NCBI RefSeq assembly: GCF_036588685.1
Contig: NC_086377.1
Span: forward strand, 13,702,001 to 13,766,000
Length of the DNA stretch: 64,000 nt
Direction of reading: 5' to 3'
From: Mytilus trossulus
Lineage: Eukaryota
Below the pieces are notes generated by a model. That model did not search any database. It was not told where the DNA came from and was given only the letters and a program-made list of their open reading frames with translations. The position numbers and the translations under genes were made by a program. Within the stretch, counting starts at the first letter, position 1, and every line of letters starts with the position of its first letter. Shown here piece after piece: positions 13,580 to 26,653 of the stretch.

Positions 13580-14140
13580 GATGTACAAAAGCATTATAGT
13601 AAGGTGCAGGATTTGCAGTTGCTCCGAAACCAATTGGGACAATATCCCTAATGCGCCTCCGATGGAGGAACAGAAAAGTTTTTGTAAACAAAATATATTG
13701 GACATGTTTCAATTTTTAACAAGTGACTGAGCTTTACCATTTGTGTTGATCTGGAAAGTATAGGACCTTCGAATAAATGTGTAAAAAACTATAGAAAAAC
13801 TATCAGACATATAATTATATGAAAAAAAGATTTGCCTACCATGCAGAGCTGCATCACGAAAGGATTTTCGGGGTATGCTAATTTACGGGAAAATGAATCA
13901 CACTTTGAACCCCGAAAATTAAACCACATATGTGAAAATGTATCATCGTCGAAACAAGCCATCATACATATACAAGATTACGATATGGGCTGAGCAAGAG
14001 AAGAAAACGTTACCATTACGGCCTATGGAGAAACAATTGCGCATATTGCCCCAATTAGATGTGATTTTTCACTCACAGATACAGTATACACGGTACAGTT
14101 TGTTGCCCATGTGTCTGATAATGTGCCCTTGCAAAATTGA
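13580..14140 (-). pseudogene. Decayed paralog of the 56172-57844 membrane-protein gene, split by a MITE
   Basis: The minus strand gives ...AHYQTHGQQTVP... (14090-14130) and IGFGATANPAPYY (13595-13635). The intact gene has AHYQTHAQPTAP and IDFGATANPPPYY. Confidence 0.8.
13632..14056. mobile_element. MITE inserted in the membrane-gene remnant
   Basis: Inverted termini aattgggacaatat / atattgccccaatt (13 of 14 match) lie where homology to the intact gene stops and resumes. Confidence 0.6.
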
Positions 14141-16831
14141 CATCTAGCATTCTAATTACTGAAGTATTGAGTGCTGAAGTTCTTAATACATTAGATCGTG
14201 TTGTTTATTCGTGTTGTTTATTCTTTAGTTTCTATGTTGTGTCATGTGTACTATTGTTTTTCTGTTTTTCTATTTTATTTTTAGCCATGGCTTTGTCAGT
14301 TTGTTTTAGATTTATGAGTTTGACTGTCCCTTTGGTATCTTTCGTCCCTCTTTTATACACATGGTAAACTTGTGTTAGGATAAGAAAAATAACAAAATTA
14401 CCGAACTCCGAGAAAAATTCAAAAGGGAAAGTCCGTAATCAAATGGCAAAATCAAAAGCTCACACACATTAAACGAGTGGATAACAACTGTGATATTCCT
14501 GACTTGGTTATCTTTTCTGTCCATCGTATAGACCATGGCTGGTTAGGGATGTCCCTTCGGCTGTTGAATATACAAATGCAAGTATGGATGGGGCCTTTTT
14601 GAATTCTTTCTTTTTGTTAACCATTTTTATGTTCTTTATATATTTTCACCTTTTATACTTTCTATATTTATACCGCGTTTTCTCCATTTTATTTTATTTT
14701 CTGTTTTGTTTATTTAATTGTAAATTATCTGTAGTATATGCCTATATTCTTTATTCACAGTCAAATACCCTCTTTACCAAAGTCATTTTCAAACTTGATA
14801 CCAATCAAGCTATATTGTTGAATCTTTCTAATTGATAGATTGTTTAATTAGTTCGTGTCTTGCATATGCATGTAAAATTTGACAATGAATATGAAATAAA
14901 GGGCAATACAAGAACCATAGTTTAAGTCGATAATGCAATTGTTTAAAAATTCAGCTTAGTGAATAAAATAGTCTTTATTTAGAATGAGTTACTTGGAACA
15001 TAAACAGATTCTTGTGTTAAAAAAAAATAAACGTTAGTTTTCCTGTTTGAATGGTTTTACACTAGTCATATTTTACTAGCCCTGTTTAGATTGCCGTTCG
15101 GTGTGAACTAAGTACCCGTTTTGAAGACTGTTCTTTGACCTACTCGTTGTAACTTGTATGGAGAGTTGTCGCATTAGCTCTAATATCACATCTTATTAGA
15201 AATTATAGGTGTCGCTGAATGTAAGACAGAAACTATGATTAGTTGGTATATAGACGAGCAAATCAGCGTATGCAGTGTGTGACTGTATGCTTAATTATTA
15301 CATTCAAGATGTTACTTATAATCAAAGAGGTTCATCAACATTTAAGTGTGTTATATCTCTGCTTGAACTGTTGGTTTTAGTTGTTGTTGTTTTTATTCAG
15401 TGGGAAGGGGGTTTAAAACATATAATTTTGTATATCCAACGGATTTCATAGCGGCACTTTTTTTTTTGTTCTTTGTAGATTTTCTCTTTTTTTCTAACCA
15501 GTATTCTTTCTATATAAAATAATGAGATGTGGTACGATAGCCAATTGCAACTATCCATCAAAGACATAAACACCATGGATATGATTAGTTCTGTTTATAT
15601 AATTTTTAATTTTCTTATATGTATATTGTTCTTTACTTTTTCAAGAAGATGAAAATACTTGTACAAATAGTAGCCTGAATAACAGGCTCCTGACTTAGGA
15701 CAAATACAAATAAATGCAGCAGGTGCCCCCCCCCCCCACCCTTACATGGCACAAGAAAAGAATAAACTATGCAAAACAATATAAGAAAAACATATATGAG
15801 AAATAGCAAAACAACAACAACCACTCAATTACAGTTTCCGGACTAAAAACAGGCATATATGGAAGCCTATTATACAGCAATCTATCAACACACAACTATC
15901 AAACCAATCATTCAGACAATCACAAATTTAGTGGACCTTTGGTTTTGCCTTTTTAAAACCATACAAACAATGGATGTGTAGAAGCTGAAAAAAAGTGTAG
16001 TTATTTAGTAAAGGTTATGACCACTTTCGTGTGATATGATCAGGGTTTTTTAACAAGTTAGTGTGCGCCCAATGGTTAACACTATATTTGTCCACAGTGA
16101 GGTCTGTCTTCCTGTCAGCAATTCTATATATTATACCAGGAGTTGAGATTGCCCCTACTCATTTCCCAAAAAGTGTAGTGCACAGTTCTAATATATATGA
16201 AGGAAGGTTTCTGTTGATATTTTTTTTTGAATTTTAACAAGATATGGGGTAAAAAAAACTTACATTAATTTAAAAAAAAAACCCATCTTTTTGAGCTGGA
16301 ATTTATGGAAGTTTTTTTTTGTGAATTGTTTTCCTATGAAGAAACGAATTGTGTAAATTGATTGACTTTATTCAGTTCTTGATCTATCTTTTTCTGTAGG
16401 AATCAATTATGCTAGCTTCTATTTTCCAATATTTTTAAGAAAGAGGACTCAGCATGCTCAGGAGGGTTATGTATAGTAAGTCAAGGTTGTTGAAACTTCC
16501 ATGTGTTGGGTTATTCATTAAATTGTTGGACAGTAAAAAGTAACAATCAATTTTGATTTCTTACAGATAAAACTAAAATAAAAAAGGGTACATAAATAGA
16601 ATAACATCACAACAATATTTTAATTACAAAAAAGTTTACTAAATCAAGTTTCATCATTTATATGATGCACAATACTAACAAACTGGAAAAACTGACATTA
16701 TTGCTTCAAAAGCAAAACACAAAAGTGATGTGAAAAATAAAGGAACTAAAAAAAGAAATGAAACCAATCAACAAAACATCAATAATCCTTTACAAGGTAA
16801 ACCAAAATCTTCACTAAACATAATAGTTGTT

Positions 16832-17103
16832 AACAAGAATGTGTCCCAAGTACACGGATGCCCCATCTGCACTATCATTTTCTATGTTCAGTGGACCATG
16901 AAAATGGGATAAAATCTCTAATTTGGCATTAAAATTAGAAAGATCATATCGTAGGGAACATGTTTACAAAGTTTCAAACTGATTGGACCTCAAATTCATC
17001 AAAAACTACCTTGACCAAAAACTTTATCCTGAAGTGGGACGAACGGACGGACGGAAGGGCGTACAGACCAGAAAACATAATGCCCATAAATGGGGCATAA
17101 AAA
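16832..17103 (+). mobile_element. Helentron-associated (HINE/DINE-like) non-autonomous element
   Basis: 5' aacaag, internal (gacg/ggac)n microsatellite, and a 3' hairpin gcccataaatggggc followed by an A-tract. Related ends lie back-to-back at 61283-61462. Confidence 0.6.
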
Positions 17104-17240
17104 TAATTTTCGCATATGAAAAACACAATTGTACAAATACATTAAATGTAACGTTGCCTTTAATTTGTCTGAATACTGGTATTAAATACAAATGAGGAGA
17201 AATACATGAAGAGAAAAATGTTTTCAATAGTCGTGAATTT

Positions 17241-20233
17241 TTATTTCTTTTTGTGAAACATGAAGCAAGCACAGTGTTGAAGGTCCATCAAAACAATTAA
17301 GGTGCAAATCACCACTAAAACAACAATACCAATGGTGCCGATGTACTTTGAGGATGGCCTGTCATCTGATGCTGATGTAAGGGATCGTTTGTACTTGTTA
17401 GTTTGTTTCCTATCTACAGCCAATTCTAATTTTAACAGTGCAATCTTTCTGATGAGTTCATCCTCGGTCATGGTGAAGTTGTTACATGGACATGTGCACG
17501 GAGTTTTGGTTGGTGAACGTTCTGTTGGTTTATCAATTGGTGTTGTTCTGGTTGTTGTTGTTGACGTGCTGATGGTAGAGCTTCTTCTTGTCTGATCAAA
17601 TCCTGATGTAGTTGTTTCTGTTTTGCGTATTCCTGTCAGATCTAATTCTGGTGTTGTTGTATCGGTTGAGCTTATTCCTGTCAGATCTAATTCTGGTGTT
17701 GTTGTATCGGTTGAGCTTATTCCTGTCAGATCTAATTCTGGTGTTGTTGTATCGGTTGAGCTTATTCCTGTCAGATCTAATTCTGGTGTTGTTGTATCGG
17801 TTGAGCTTTTTTTTGTCGGATCAAATATTGGTGTAGTTGTTTCTGTTGTGCTTATTCCTGTCAGATCTAATTCTGGTGTTGTTGTTTCGGTTGAGCTTTT
17901 TGTTGTCGGATCAAATTCTGGTGTTTTTGTTTCTGCTGTGCTTATTCCTGTCAGATCTAATTCTGGTGTTGTTGTTTCGGTTGAGCTTTTTGTTGTCGGA
18001 TAAAATCCTGGTGTAGTTGTTTCTGCTGTGCTTATTCCTGTCAGGTCTAATTGTGGTGTTGTTGTATCGGTTGAGCTTATTGTTGTTGGGGCAAATTCTG
18101 AAGTTGCTGTATCGGTTGAGCTTATTGTTGTTGGAGCAAATTCTGAAGTTCCTGTATCGGTTGAGCTTATTGTTGTTGGAGCAAATTCTGGTGTTGTTGT
18201 TTTAGTTGTTCTTATTATTGTTGGACCGGATCCGGAACCAATATCTAATTCATCCGGTGCACAAGCTACAAAATGAAAGAAGTTTAAGCTTAAAACTGAA
18301 CTGATTGCAAGAACTACTGTGTTAGAAATAAGAAGATGTGGTATGAGTTCCAATGAGGCAACTCTCTACCCAAGTTACAATTTATCAATAAGAATAGCAG
18401 GCGTGAATGAGTATTTATCCTGACATCTAACTATCAATTGAATATAACTATTGGTCTTTTTTTTCTTTTTTATCAACGAGGTTGTCAGTTTATTTTCGGT
18501 CTACCAGTTTGACTGTTCCTTTGGAATCTTTCGTCCCTCTAATATATAAATTAGCAAATAAGCACGTGAAAGCTCTCTCACAGACAAACAAGTTATTTTT
18601 GAAAAGTATATTAGCATTACTAATACATATTACAAAGAAGTCCCATTTATCGCACCCAAAATAAGAATCAAACACTATACTTCCTTACATGTATAATAAA
18701 GTTAAAAAAATATTCATCATAAAAATTAGATTTCTTAAAAAAACAAATTTTAAAATGAAAAATGACCGAACTCAGCGCAGAACTTTACCTGATTTTGTAT
18801 TTTTCGGAATATAAAATAGCCAGTGTGCAGTAATATAGGACATTACTGAAATATCAGTTACATCAGTATAAATATTATGTCTCCTAGTCCAGTCCCTGTT
18901 GAACTTGTCATGTCCAATGCAGATACCTACTCCCGCTTCGAGGGTTCCATTAGTCCAAGAAACCCAATAGGGAACGTTATGGTCACAATGATATGTTGGC
19001 CAGGTTGTGTTGTCTATATCTAGAACTGATTCTGGATTTTCTATCAGATATATTTTCTCTCTTCCAAAATGCACTCGATAGAACTGAGATACACTACCAA
19101 AACTATTGCTAACTAAGTCCATAAACGTTTCTTCACAGGGTTTGACCTTGAAATATGTTGACATTGAATCTCGAGTATTAATTCCGTGTTCACGTAGGGA
19201 TTTCCGCTCTCTATTTCCCGTAGTAATATTGAAAGCTACAAGAGAAAAATAGTTATTATATTACAATTAAATTTACTTTTACAATTTGTGTTTTGTCGAT
19301 TTTTCAGTAATCTAACGAACTATAGGTGTCAGACCACCAATTAAAAATCCCTATCTGTTCAACCAAATTTTGCAATTTTCACAGCTTTATAAATATTTAA
19401 CCTTAAGTTTAACTTCATAGAAACCAGGTATATCCTTAGTTGTGCATGTATCAGCTTTCTACATGCCACTTTTCACCATACCTTTAAAGCCTTCTAACAA
19501 AACAACTGACCTTCAAACAGAGGTACTAAAAATTAAAAAAACTGGTTTTCTGGAAATCTAAAATTAGTATACTATGGAGCGCAATAATCCTCATTAACAA
19601 GTAAATTTTGGCTCAAAATGATCTAGATATATTTCTCTTTCGCCAAAAGTTGCATGTATGCAAATGTGTTGCTTAGTTTAAGTAAACAAGGACATCAACA
19701 AGCACTATTTTGTGTCAGAGTAGGACTACTTTTACATACATTTGTTTATACATTATAAATTGGAGTGAGTAATTGTTGGTCTGACACCTACTATACCAAT
19801 TTTCTTGACCTACGAATGTGTTTGAAGATCTTTTAACGCATTAATTTCGGAATATACTGTTTCATCCTGTTTTGGGCAAGATTGCAAGTTCTTGCCAGAC
19901 CAGGATATTCACAAACACCCTCGAAACAATTGGTCATAAGCTGAACACGCTTTATAATTTGCCATCTTTATACTCGATAATTAACCGCAGAAAAAACTAT
20001 TAAATAAAAGTTTGAAAATTTAAAGACAAAGTTTAGAGCATTTTCAGTTGCTTTTGTGTGCTTCCTATCGAAATTGGTTCCTTTTTTGAAAGAATTCAAT
20101 GAGCACTATTTCAGAAAAAAAGAGATAAAGAGATTGGTCTAAATTAAACAAAAATGCTTAACCAATTTTTAAAGAGTATATTTTGCTCGAAAATTCCTTT
20201 TTTCAGTGTAGTGTTCTATATACCTACTCCTCA

Positions 20234-20264
<31 letters not shown>

Positions 20265-20875
20265 AGAAAAGAAAATAATAAGAATAAAGGGATTATTTGA
20301 CTAAACACAGCAACATAGGTGTTAAACGTAAGTATAGGGGGAATACTTTATATAATCTTTTACAATCAGTTTACACCCTAGTCAAAAAGAAGGGGAACGT
20401 TTCCTAAGAACTATTTGTAGCATGGTTTCATCAGCGGTGTATGGAATTTTACACCAGTGCGTAAAATTCTGTGATTCTGTACAAACTAAGACGCTCTTGT
20501 AGTAGGAAGCATGTTAAAATGAGGCTTAATTACATGAAAGGATTATTTGACGCCAGCAGTTGCGAAGTGGTGTGTTGCCGCTTTATGACCATAGAGAGTA
20601 TTCTTATTCCTACATGTATATAAGAAGATTTAAACTGAGTGCAGCAGAATCAGAAATCATATATATATATTTTCAATCTGTTATGTTATGTCACATACTA
20701 TAAATATTCAGTTTTATAGCAATACAGATTTGAATTGAATTGAACTATAAAGGACACCATAAACATTATTAATTAAATTCTCACTGGAAAATAACTATAA
20801 TAACAAACTTGTTTACGTACCAGAATTTACGGAAAAAACACAGAAACCAAAAAATAGGTCCACTTTCAATATCAT
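17241..20875 (-). CDS. Type I membrane protein: signal peptide + farnesoic acid O-methyltransferase-like (Methyltransf_FA) domain + Thr/Ser mucin stalk + CxCxC/coiled juxtamembrane module + TM (508 aa)
   Basis: Exons 20875-20821 (MILKVDLFFGFCVFSVNSA), 19235-18789 (FKVKPC...C..NVPYWVSWTNGTLEAGVG...W...W.F) and 18265-17241 have GT/AG borders, both introns are phase 1, and the joined frame is 1527 nt. The domain was recognised by motif only. Confidence 0.85.
17590..18200 (-). repeat. Coding 45-bp (15-aa) tandem repeat, TDTTTPELDLTGISS / TETTTPEFDPTTKSS variants
   Basis: About 13 units, partly alternating between two types, in frame within the last exon. Confidence 0.92.
19323..19790. mobile_element. 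MITE with 21-bp terminal inverted repeats
   Basis: taggtgtcagaccaccaatta / taattgttggtctgacaccta (1 mismatch); the TSD reads as TA or CTA. Confidence 0.8.
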
Positions 20876-21228
20876 TATATTTACTTAATCCTTACTGAAT
20901 TACCACAAACGAGCATGCACATTGAAAAAAAATATATATCAATATCTTAACGATGTCTACATATATAGATTTAGAAAGTTCATGTGATTCATACGCCGTC
21001 CAATCAGAACGAGTTGTTCAATAAGGATCAATAAGGGAGATACAATGGTTAAGCCTTGTTTCGTAAAAAAGATTCAACGAATCTGTGAGTGCGAATGATT
21101 TCTTAAACAATTCGATAACTATACATTGTAGAACCCACGATAAATGAACAGACTGATGTTGCAGTAAATAGAATAATAATCTTAAAGTATCTGCGACAGG
21201 GGGACATGTCATGTAATGATTGCCACTA

Positions 21229-21434
21229 CTGTGAATTCATTTATGTTCGTGGGTACCAATTTTAGGGCATTAAGGAAATCATACATGTTAGTGGATATTT
21301 AATTTCGTGGTTTTGTCGAAGCCTGCATTCAAGCCTATAGACATTTTTTTTCGTTGATCATTTGATTTCGTGTTTTACCTGTTCCCCCGAAATCCATAAA
21401 AATTGGTATCCAACGAAAAATAGTGAATCCACAG
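21229..21434. mobile_element. MITE (Tc1/mariner-type ends)
   Basis: Imperfect TIRs ctgtgaattcat...gtgggtaccaatttt / aaaattggtatccaacga...tgaatccacag. Confidence 0.65.
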
Positions 21435-23129
21435 TTTAGAATAGTACAGAGACTTGTATGGTTGAATAGTGAGGACCTATTAAGAATCAATTATTCCGAG
21501 AAAACTATTCATGCATTTTGCATTGGAACCTTGCTGGGTTATATATAAAAACCTGAATAAAAGGATATATGGGACGGCATCAATTGATAGTTTTATGGTC
21601 GCAAATACCAGATGTTAATATCCATAATACATGTGTTATGCAGCTCTTTGCTTTACATATGCAAAAAAATCACATCACAACTGTCCTAGAGTAAACATCT
21701 ATAGCGGTAGATTAAATATCTACATCATAGGCTGATCCAGGAGGGGCCTTTGGAGGGAAAAAATTGGTTGATTATAAAGGGAATCATTGAAGCATGACTG
21801 GAGCGCCCCCCCCCTTTAGGAAAAGTTCTTGATCCGCCACTGTACATCGACGAACTTAATAGCATCTGCAGCACTAGAGTTAATTTTGATTGTTTCGTTG
21901 TAATACTGTATTTTTTCTTATGCGTGCAAACATAAAATCTACGACACTGAATTGTTGTAGCTTAATGGTTTGTACTGATTGAAAGAGTTGATCCCTTTTC
22001 AAATATTCTCTTTAGTGTCTTATGTTGTGCAGTTACACCAATGTACAAGCTAAAAGGGAGAAGTGGACACCCGCAAACATGTTAAAACCACCACAATATG
22101 TTCTTATTCAGGAGCATGTAATTCAATAGTAGTCGTTTGTTGATGTACAGTACCTGGCCAAAAGTATTCGTCACCTGCATTTTTTTGCTATTATTTCATA
22201 CAAAAACACATTTTTTTTTAAAATATTTTGAGGGCATTTATGGTTGGATTTTTATCGACAAGGCCTTAAAAGATGTAGAATTGTCTTAAGTTTGTTTTTA
22301 ATGTATATCATATTTGTCTTTTGTTTATTGTTTTAGATCTTAAGTTTACTCGATTGAAATATTTTACATTATTTAAGGTTTTTAATAGCTTGCTATGTGT
22401 ACTAGGTTTACTCATTGAGGAAGGAAGTGTTGTACCCTATAGTTTCTAACGTCGACGTCATTTAGACTCTGGCATAGAATTGTCTCTGCGGCAATCATAC
22501 AACAGCTTTCTATAATTCATAATGAATCGGTTTACTTTAACTCAGTATGCCTAAAACGAAACGACTGCATAGTTTGTACTTATATAAAATGTCATTACAC
22601 GCGTTGAATCCGGAAGCAGGTGCATTTACAGACATACACCTTTAGTCAATATTGCATATACTTTTTAAAATATCTATGAATTTGAGCATTTTCATACAGA
22701 AAGGAAATGATAACAATTTTTATTTTTTTTTGCGAAGTCAACATTTTATAAATCAGCTGTGAATTGATAGAATTGCTATCTTGAATAGCTACACGGAAAA
22801 GATTTTATGTGAATGACTTTTTGTGTAAATATGTAATATCGACTAAAGATCTATGTCTGTAAATGCAACGTTCATGATTCTTTTATGTAATAAACTTTAT
22901 TCAAATAAATCCGGATCTTCCCTCATCTGATCACCAGCATGTCTTAAGGTATTACTTCCAAAGGTATTGTGAGTGGGTGAAGTGACACGTCCAGGTATTC
23001 AAGCGATTTCCTGTCGGGCTTGCAAGTTCATGCATCGTTTCACTTCTGAGGGTATTGATCCGTGTACACGGCCGATAACTTATAACTTTTCATTTTGAAC
23101 TATCAGGTGTAATACTATGATAGACAAAC

Positions 23130-26100
23130 GGACAAAAACCACAGGACTAAAAGTCACAGGACTTTAAGTCACAAATTTGGTAGGACAAAAAGTCACAGGA
23201 CTTAAAGTCTCAAATTTGGTAGGACAAAAAGTCACAAGACAAAAAGTCACAAATAATATGTTGACAATTATTTGAATTTATAAGGGAAATATCTTAAAAT
23301 ATTTACTTTTTAATACATATTTTCATATCAAAGTTTAGGAAATGTGTCATTATACTTCAAAAATGAAAATTTATTTAATTTTAATCATGCAAAAGAAAGA
23401 TTTCTTGGCACCATGAAGCCGTTTAAGGGCCAAGCCGCAATCAGACATTCTGTTTTTTTAACAAAAAAATATTATTTATATATATCTTTATTCTCAATAA
23501 ACCATCATTTTGACAAGGTATAGAGAAATACACAATATTATGTACAATATTTACAATATATACAATATTCAATAAATACATTTAGTAAAAGACATGTTAC
23601 AAAAATAATTAATAGGGTGGGGTCACACTAGATAAAGCCAGGAGTTCACACAGATTTATTTATAATTTTGATAATTTTGCAGAGTTTACTCAACTTAACC
23701 TTCTTTTTTGATGACATTAATAATTTATATTTTGAAATATTTGGCTTTGTGTAGCTATAATTTTCAATGTATTTTTTTCCTCTCCTGTTCAAAAAATTTG
23801 CATTCCAAAATAAAGTGAAATTCATCCCCGAGTTCATTGTTTTTACACAGAGTACAGTTTCTATTTTGTCTGCTGGTGTTTAGCCATCTACTAGCTTCAA
23901 TGGGTAATTTATGATTAGTCGTTCTAAATCTGCAAAATTCTACAATATTTTTGTTATCTAAAATATCTAAATAAGCTTCAGAACTAAAACTATCTTTAAA
24001 TACTTTGTAATTTATAGCTTTTGGTGATTCTTCTAACAGTAAGTGCCAATTCTGTTCAAATTGATCTTTAAGTTTTCTACTAACTGTCAGACGTAGCCAA
24101 TTCAAATTAATAAAAGTTTGTGAATTCCAAATATATGTTAAGCCACATTCATTCAAAATATTTTTTATGTTATCTAACCATAAAAATTTATCTCCATTTA
24201 CAAATGACAATTGAAAACATAAGTTATAGACAACTTTTGACAATTTTGACTCCTTTCAAGAAAGAATTTTACCCCAGAATGATATCATTCTATTTTTTAT
24301 GTCAATTTCTAGAGGATATCTTCCAAGTTCGCCATATATCATATACGATGGTGTAGAAGATTTTAAATGTAAGAGCAATTTGCAAAATTTTAGGTGGACT
24401 TTTTCGATTATTTCATTATTGCTAAAACCCCATACTTCCCACCCATATAATAAAATAGGCTTTATCATCTTATCGAATAATTCTAGTTGCGTTTTGATTG
24501 AAAGCCCGTGGTTTCTGCCTAATTTTAGAACCTCGTAGAAAGCCTTCGTAGCTTTATTAGCTATGGACTGTTTCGCTTTCTTAAAATTCCCACTTCTAGC
24601 TAAGTCTATTCCTAGATAATTAATACTATTCACTATTTCTAATTCTGTTCCCTTCAAATTGAAATGTAGGTTTCTTGGAAGTGTTCCTTTAGAAAATATC
24701 ATGATTTTACTTTTATCTGTATTTACTTTCAGTTTCCATAAAGTACAGTAATCTTGAAATGAGTCAAGTTGCTTTTGAAGATCTGCAGCTGATTCTGCCA
24801 TTTAGTTTAAACAATATTTTATTCAAATAAATTGAATTGGATTGGGCAACAGGCACAGCCTATGTAAGCCCTCTCCACAAAACAAGGTACAATATATTAC
24901 ATTCAAACAAAGCAACACATGCACAAACATAAAGACAAAACAGAATTAATTTTTCAAAAATACCCCTTAGCTGACTGGAATGATGTTTCAAATAGTTAAC
25001 TCAGATCAAAAGTATGACTATTTTCAAAATACTTCAAATGTAAACTCAGAAAAATTAATTAAAAAATATACTATGAAGAAAAGTTTAAGTTTTATAAACT
25101 CCAACATTGATTTAGAGGTCTCATATTAAACTAAATGGTCTCCAGTCAGCTATCTAAAATAATAAATTTAAATTAATAACTCATTTTTAAAACAACATGT
25201 TTGATATCATGTACTTATTTTTACTAAATTATTGCACCTGAAGAAAAACAATGAGACAACTATCCACAAACGACAGCGAGTAGTAACCATATTGATACAT
25301 TAGAGAATTATTATTTGATTTACTTTGATATTTTTGATATTTTTTTAATAAATTTTGTTTTCAATGTTAGATTATATACAATAGTTCAAGAGAAATACAA
25401 CAATGTTTTTTGTAGAAATAAACGTTTTGTATTCAAAGAAAAGAATTAGAAAACATGAAGTTGTGATTTTTTTGTCCTGTGACTTTTTGTCCGTGACTTT
25501 TTATTTGTGACTTAATTTAGTTCCGTTGACTTTCTGTCCTATATACATCTCTGACTGTCTTGCGTGTCCGAAATGGATATTGTAAATTGGGGTAACATTT
25601 TTGTAAATAGACTAGTCCGGCAATTATTTGAATTTATAAGGGAAATATCTTAAAATATTTAATTTTTAATACATATATTCACATCAAAGTTTAGGAAATG
25701 TGTCATTATACTTCAAAAATGAAAATTTATTTAATTTTAATCATGCAAAAGAAAGATTTCTTGGCACCATGAAGCCGTTTAAGGGCCAAGTCGCAATCTG
25801 ACATTCTGTTTTTTTAACAAAAAATTATTATTTAGTTTAAACAATATTTTATTCAAATAAATTGAATTGGATTGGGCAACAGGCATAGCCTATGTAAGCC
25901 CTCTCCACAAAACAAGGTACAATATATTACATTCAAACAAAGCAACACATGCACAAACATAAAGACAAAACAGAATTAATTTTTCAAAAATACCTCTTAG
26001 CTGACTGGAATGATGTTTCAAATAGTTAACTCAGATCAAAAGTATGACTATTTTCAAAATACTTCAAATGTAAACTCAGAAAAATTAATTAAAAAATATA

Positions 26101-26653
26101 CTATGAAGAAAAGTTTAAGTTTTATAAACTCCAACATTGATTTAGAGGTCTCATATTAAACTAAATGGTCTCCAGTCAGCTATCTAAAATAATAAATTTA
26201 AATTAATAACTCATTTTTAAAACAACATGTTTGATATCATGTACTTATTTTTACTAAATTATTGCACCTGAAGAAAAACAATGAGACAACTATCCACAAA
26301 CGACAGCGAGTAGTAACCATATTGATACATTAGAGAATTATTATTTGATTTACTTTGATATTTTTTGATATTTTTTTGATAAATTTTGTTTTCAATGTTA
26401 CGGATTATATACAATAGTTCAAGAGAAATACAACAATGTTTTTTGTAGAAATAAACGTTTTGTATTCAAAGAAAAGAATTAGAAAACATGAAGTTGTGAT
26501 TTTTTTGTCCTGTGACTTTTTGTCCGTGACTTTTTCTTTGTGACTTAATTTAGTTCCGTTGACTTTCTGTCCTATATACATCTCTGACTGTCTTGCGTGT
26601 CCGAAAGGGATATTGTAAATTGGGGTAACATTTTTGTAAATAGACTAGTCCGG
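23130..26653. mobile_element. Non-autonomous element with (ggacaaaaagtcaca)n subterminal repeats; ~1.03-kb segment tandemly duplicated (23265-25620 including LINE; 25621-26653)
   Basis: Forward motifs at 23130-23250 and inverted motifs at ~25460-25540 and ~26490-26572. The two copies are nearly identical base for base. Confidence 0.8.
23479..24801 (-). mobile_element. 5'-truncated LINE (CR1/L2-group-like) ORF2 C-terminus with 3' UTR
   Basis: RT thumb region (LQKQLDSFQDYC..WKLKVNTDKSKIMIF, NYLG, YGELGRYPL) and C-terminal CxxC...DEFHF..EC. One in-frame TGA at 24256 and a frameshift near 23780; the last frame ends at 23646. Confidence 0.9.

Noticed and set aside
17302-18276. Plus-strand Val/Leu-rich ORFs
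   Set aside because: Antisense shadows of the Thr-rich coding repeat.
18266-18353. N-terminal extension MELIPHLLIS... of the 370-aa ORF as a signal peptide
   Set aside because: It lies upstream of a good acceptor at 18266 and begins inside a common interspersed repeat, so it is intronic.
19810-19970. Exon-like stretch in intron 1 of the FAMeT-like gene
   Set aside because: The ATG frame hits a stop, no phase-compatible acceptor/donor pair was found, and no product is recognisable.
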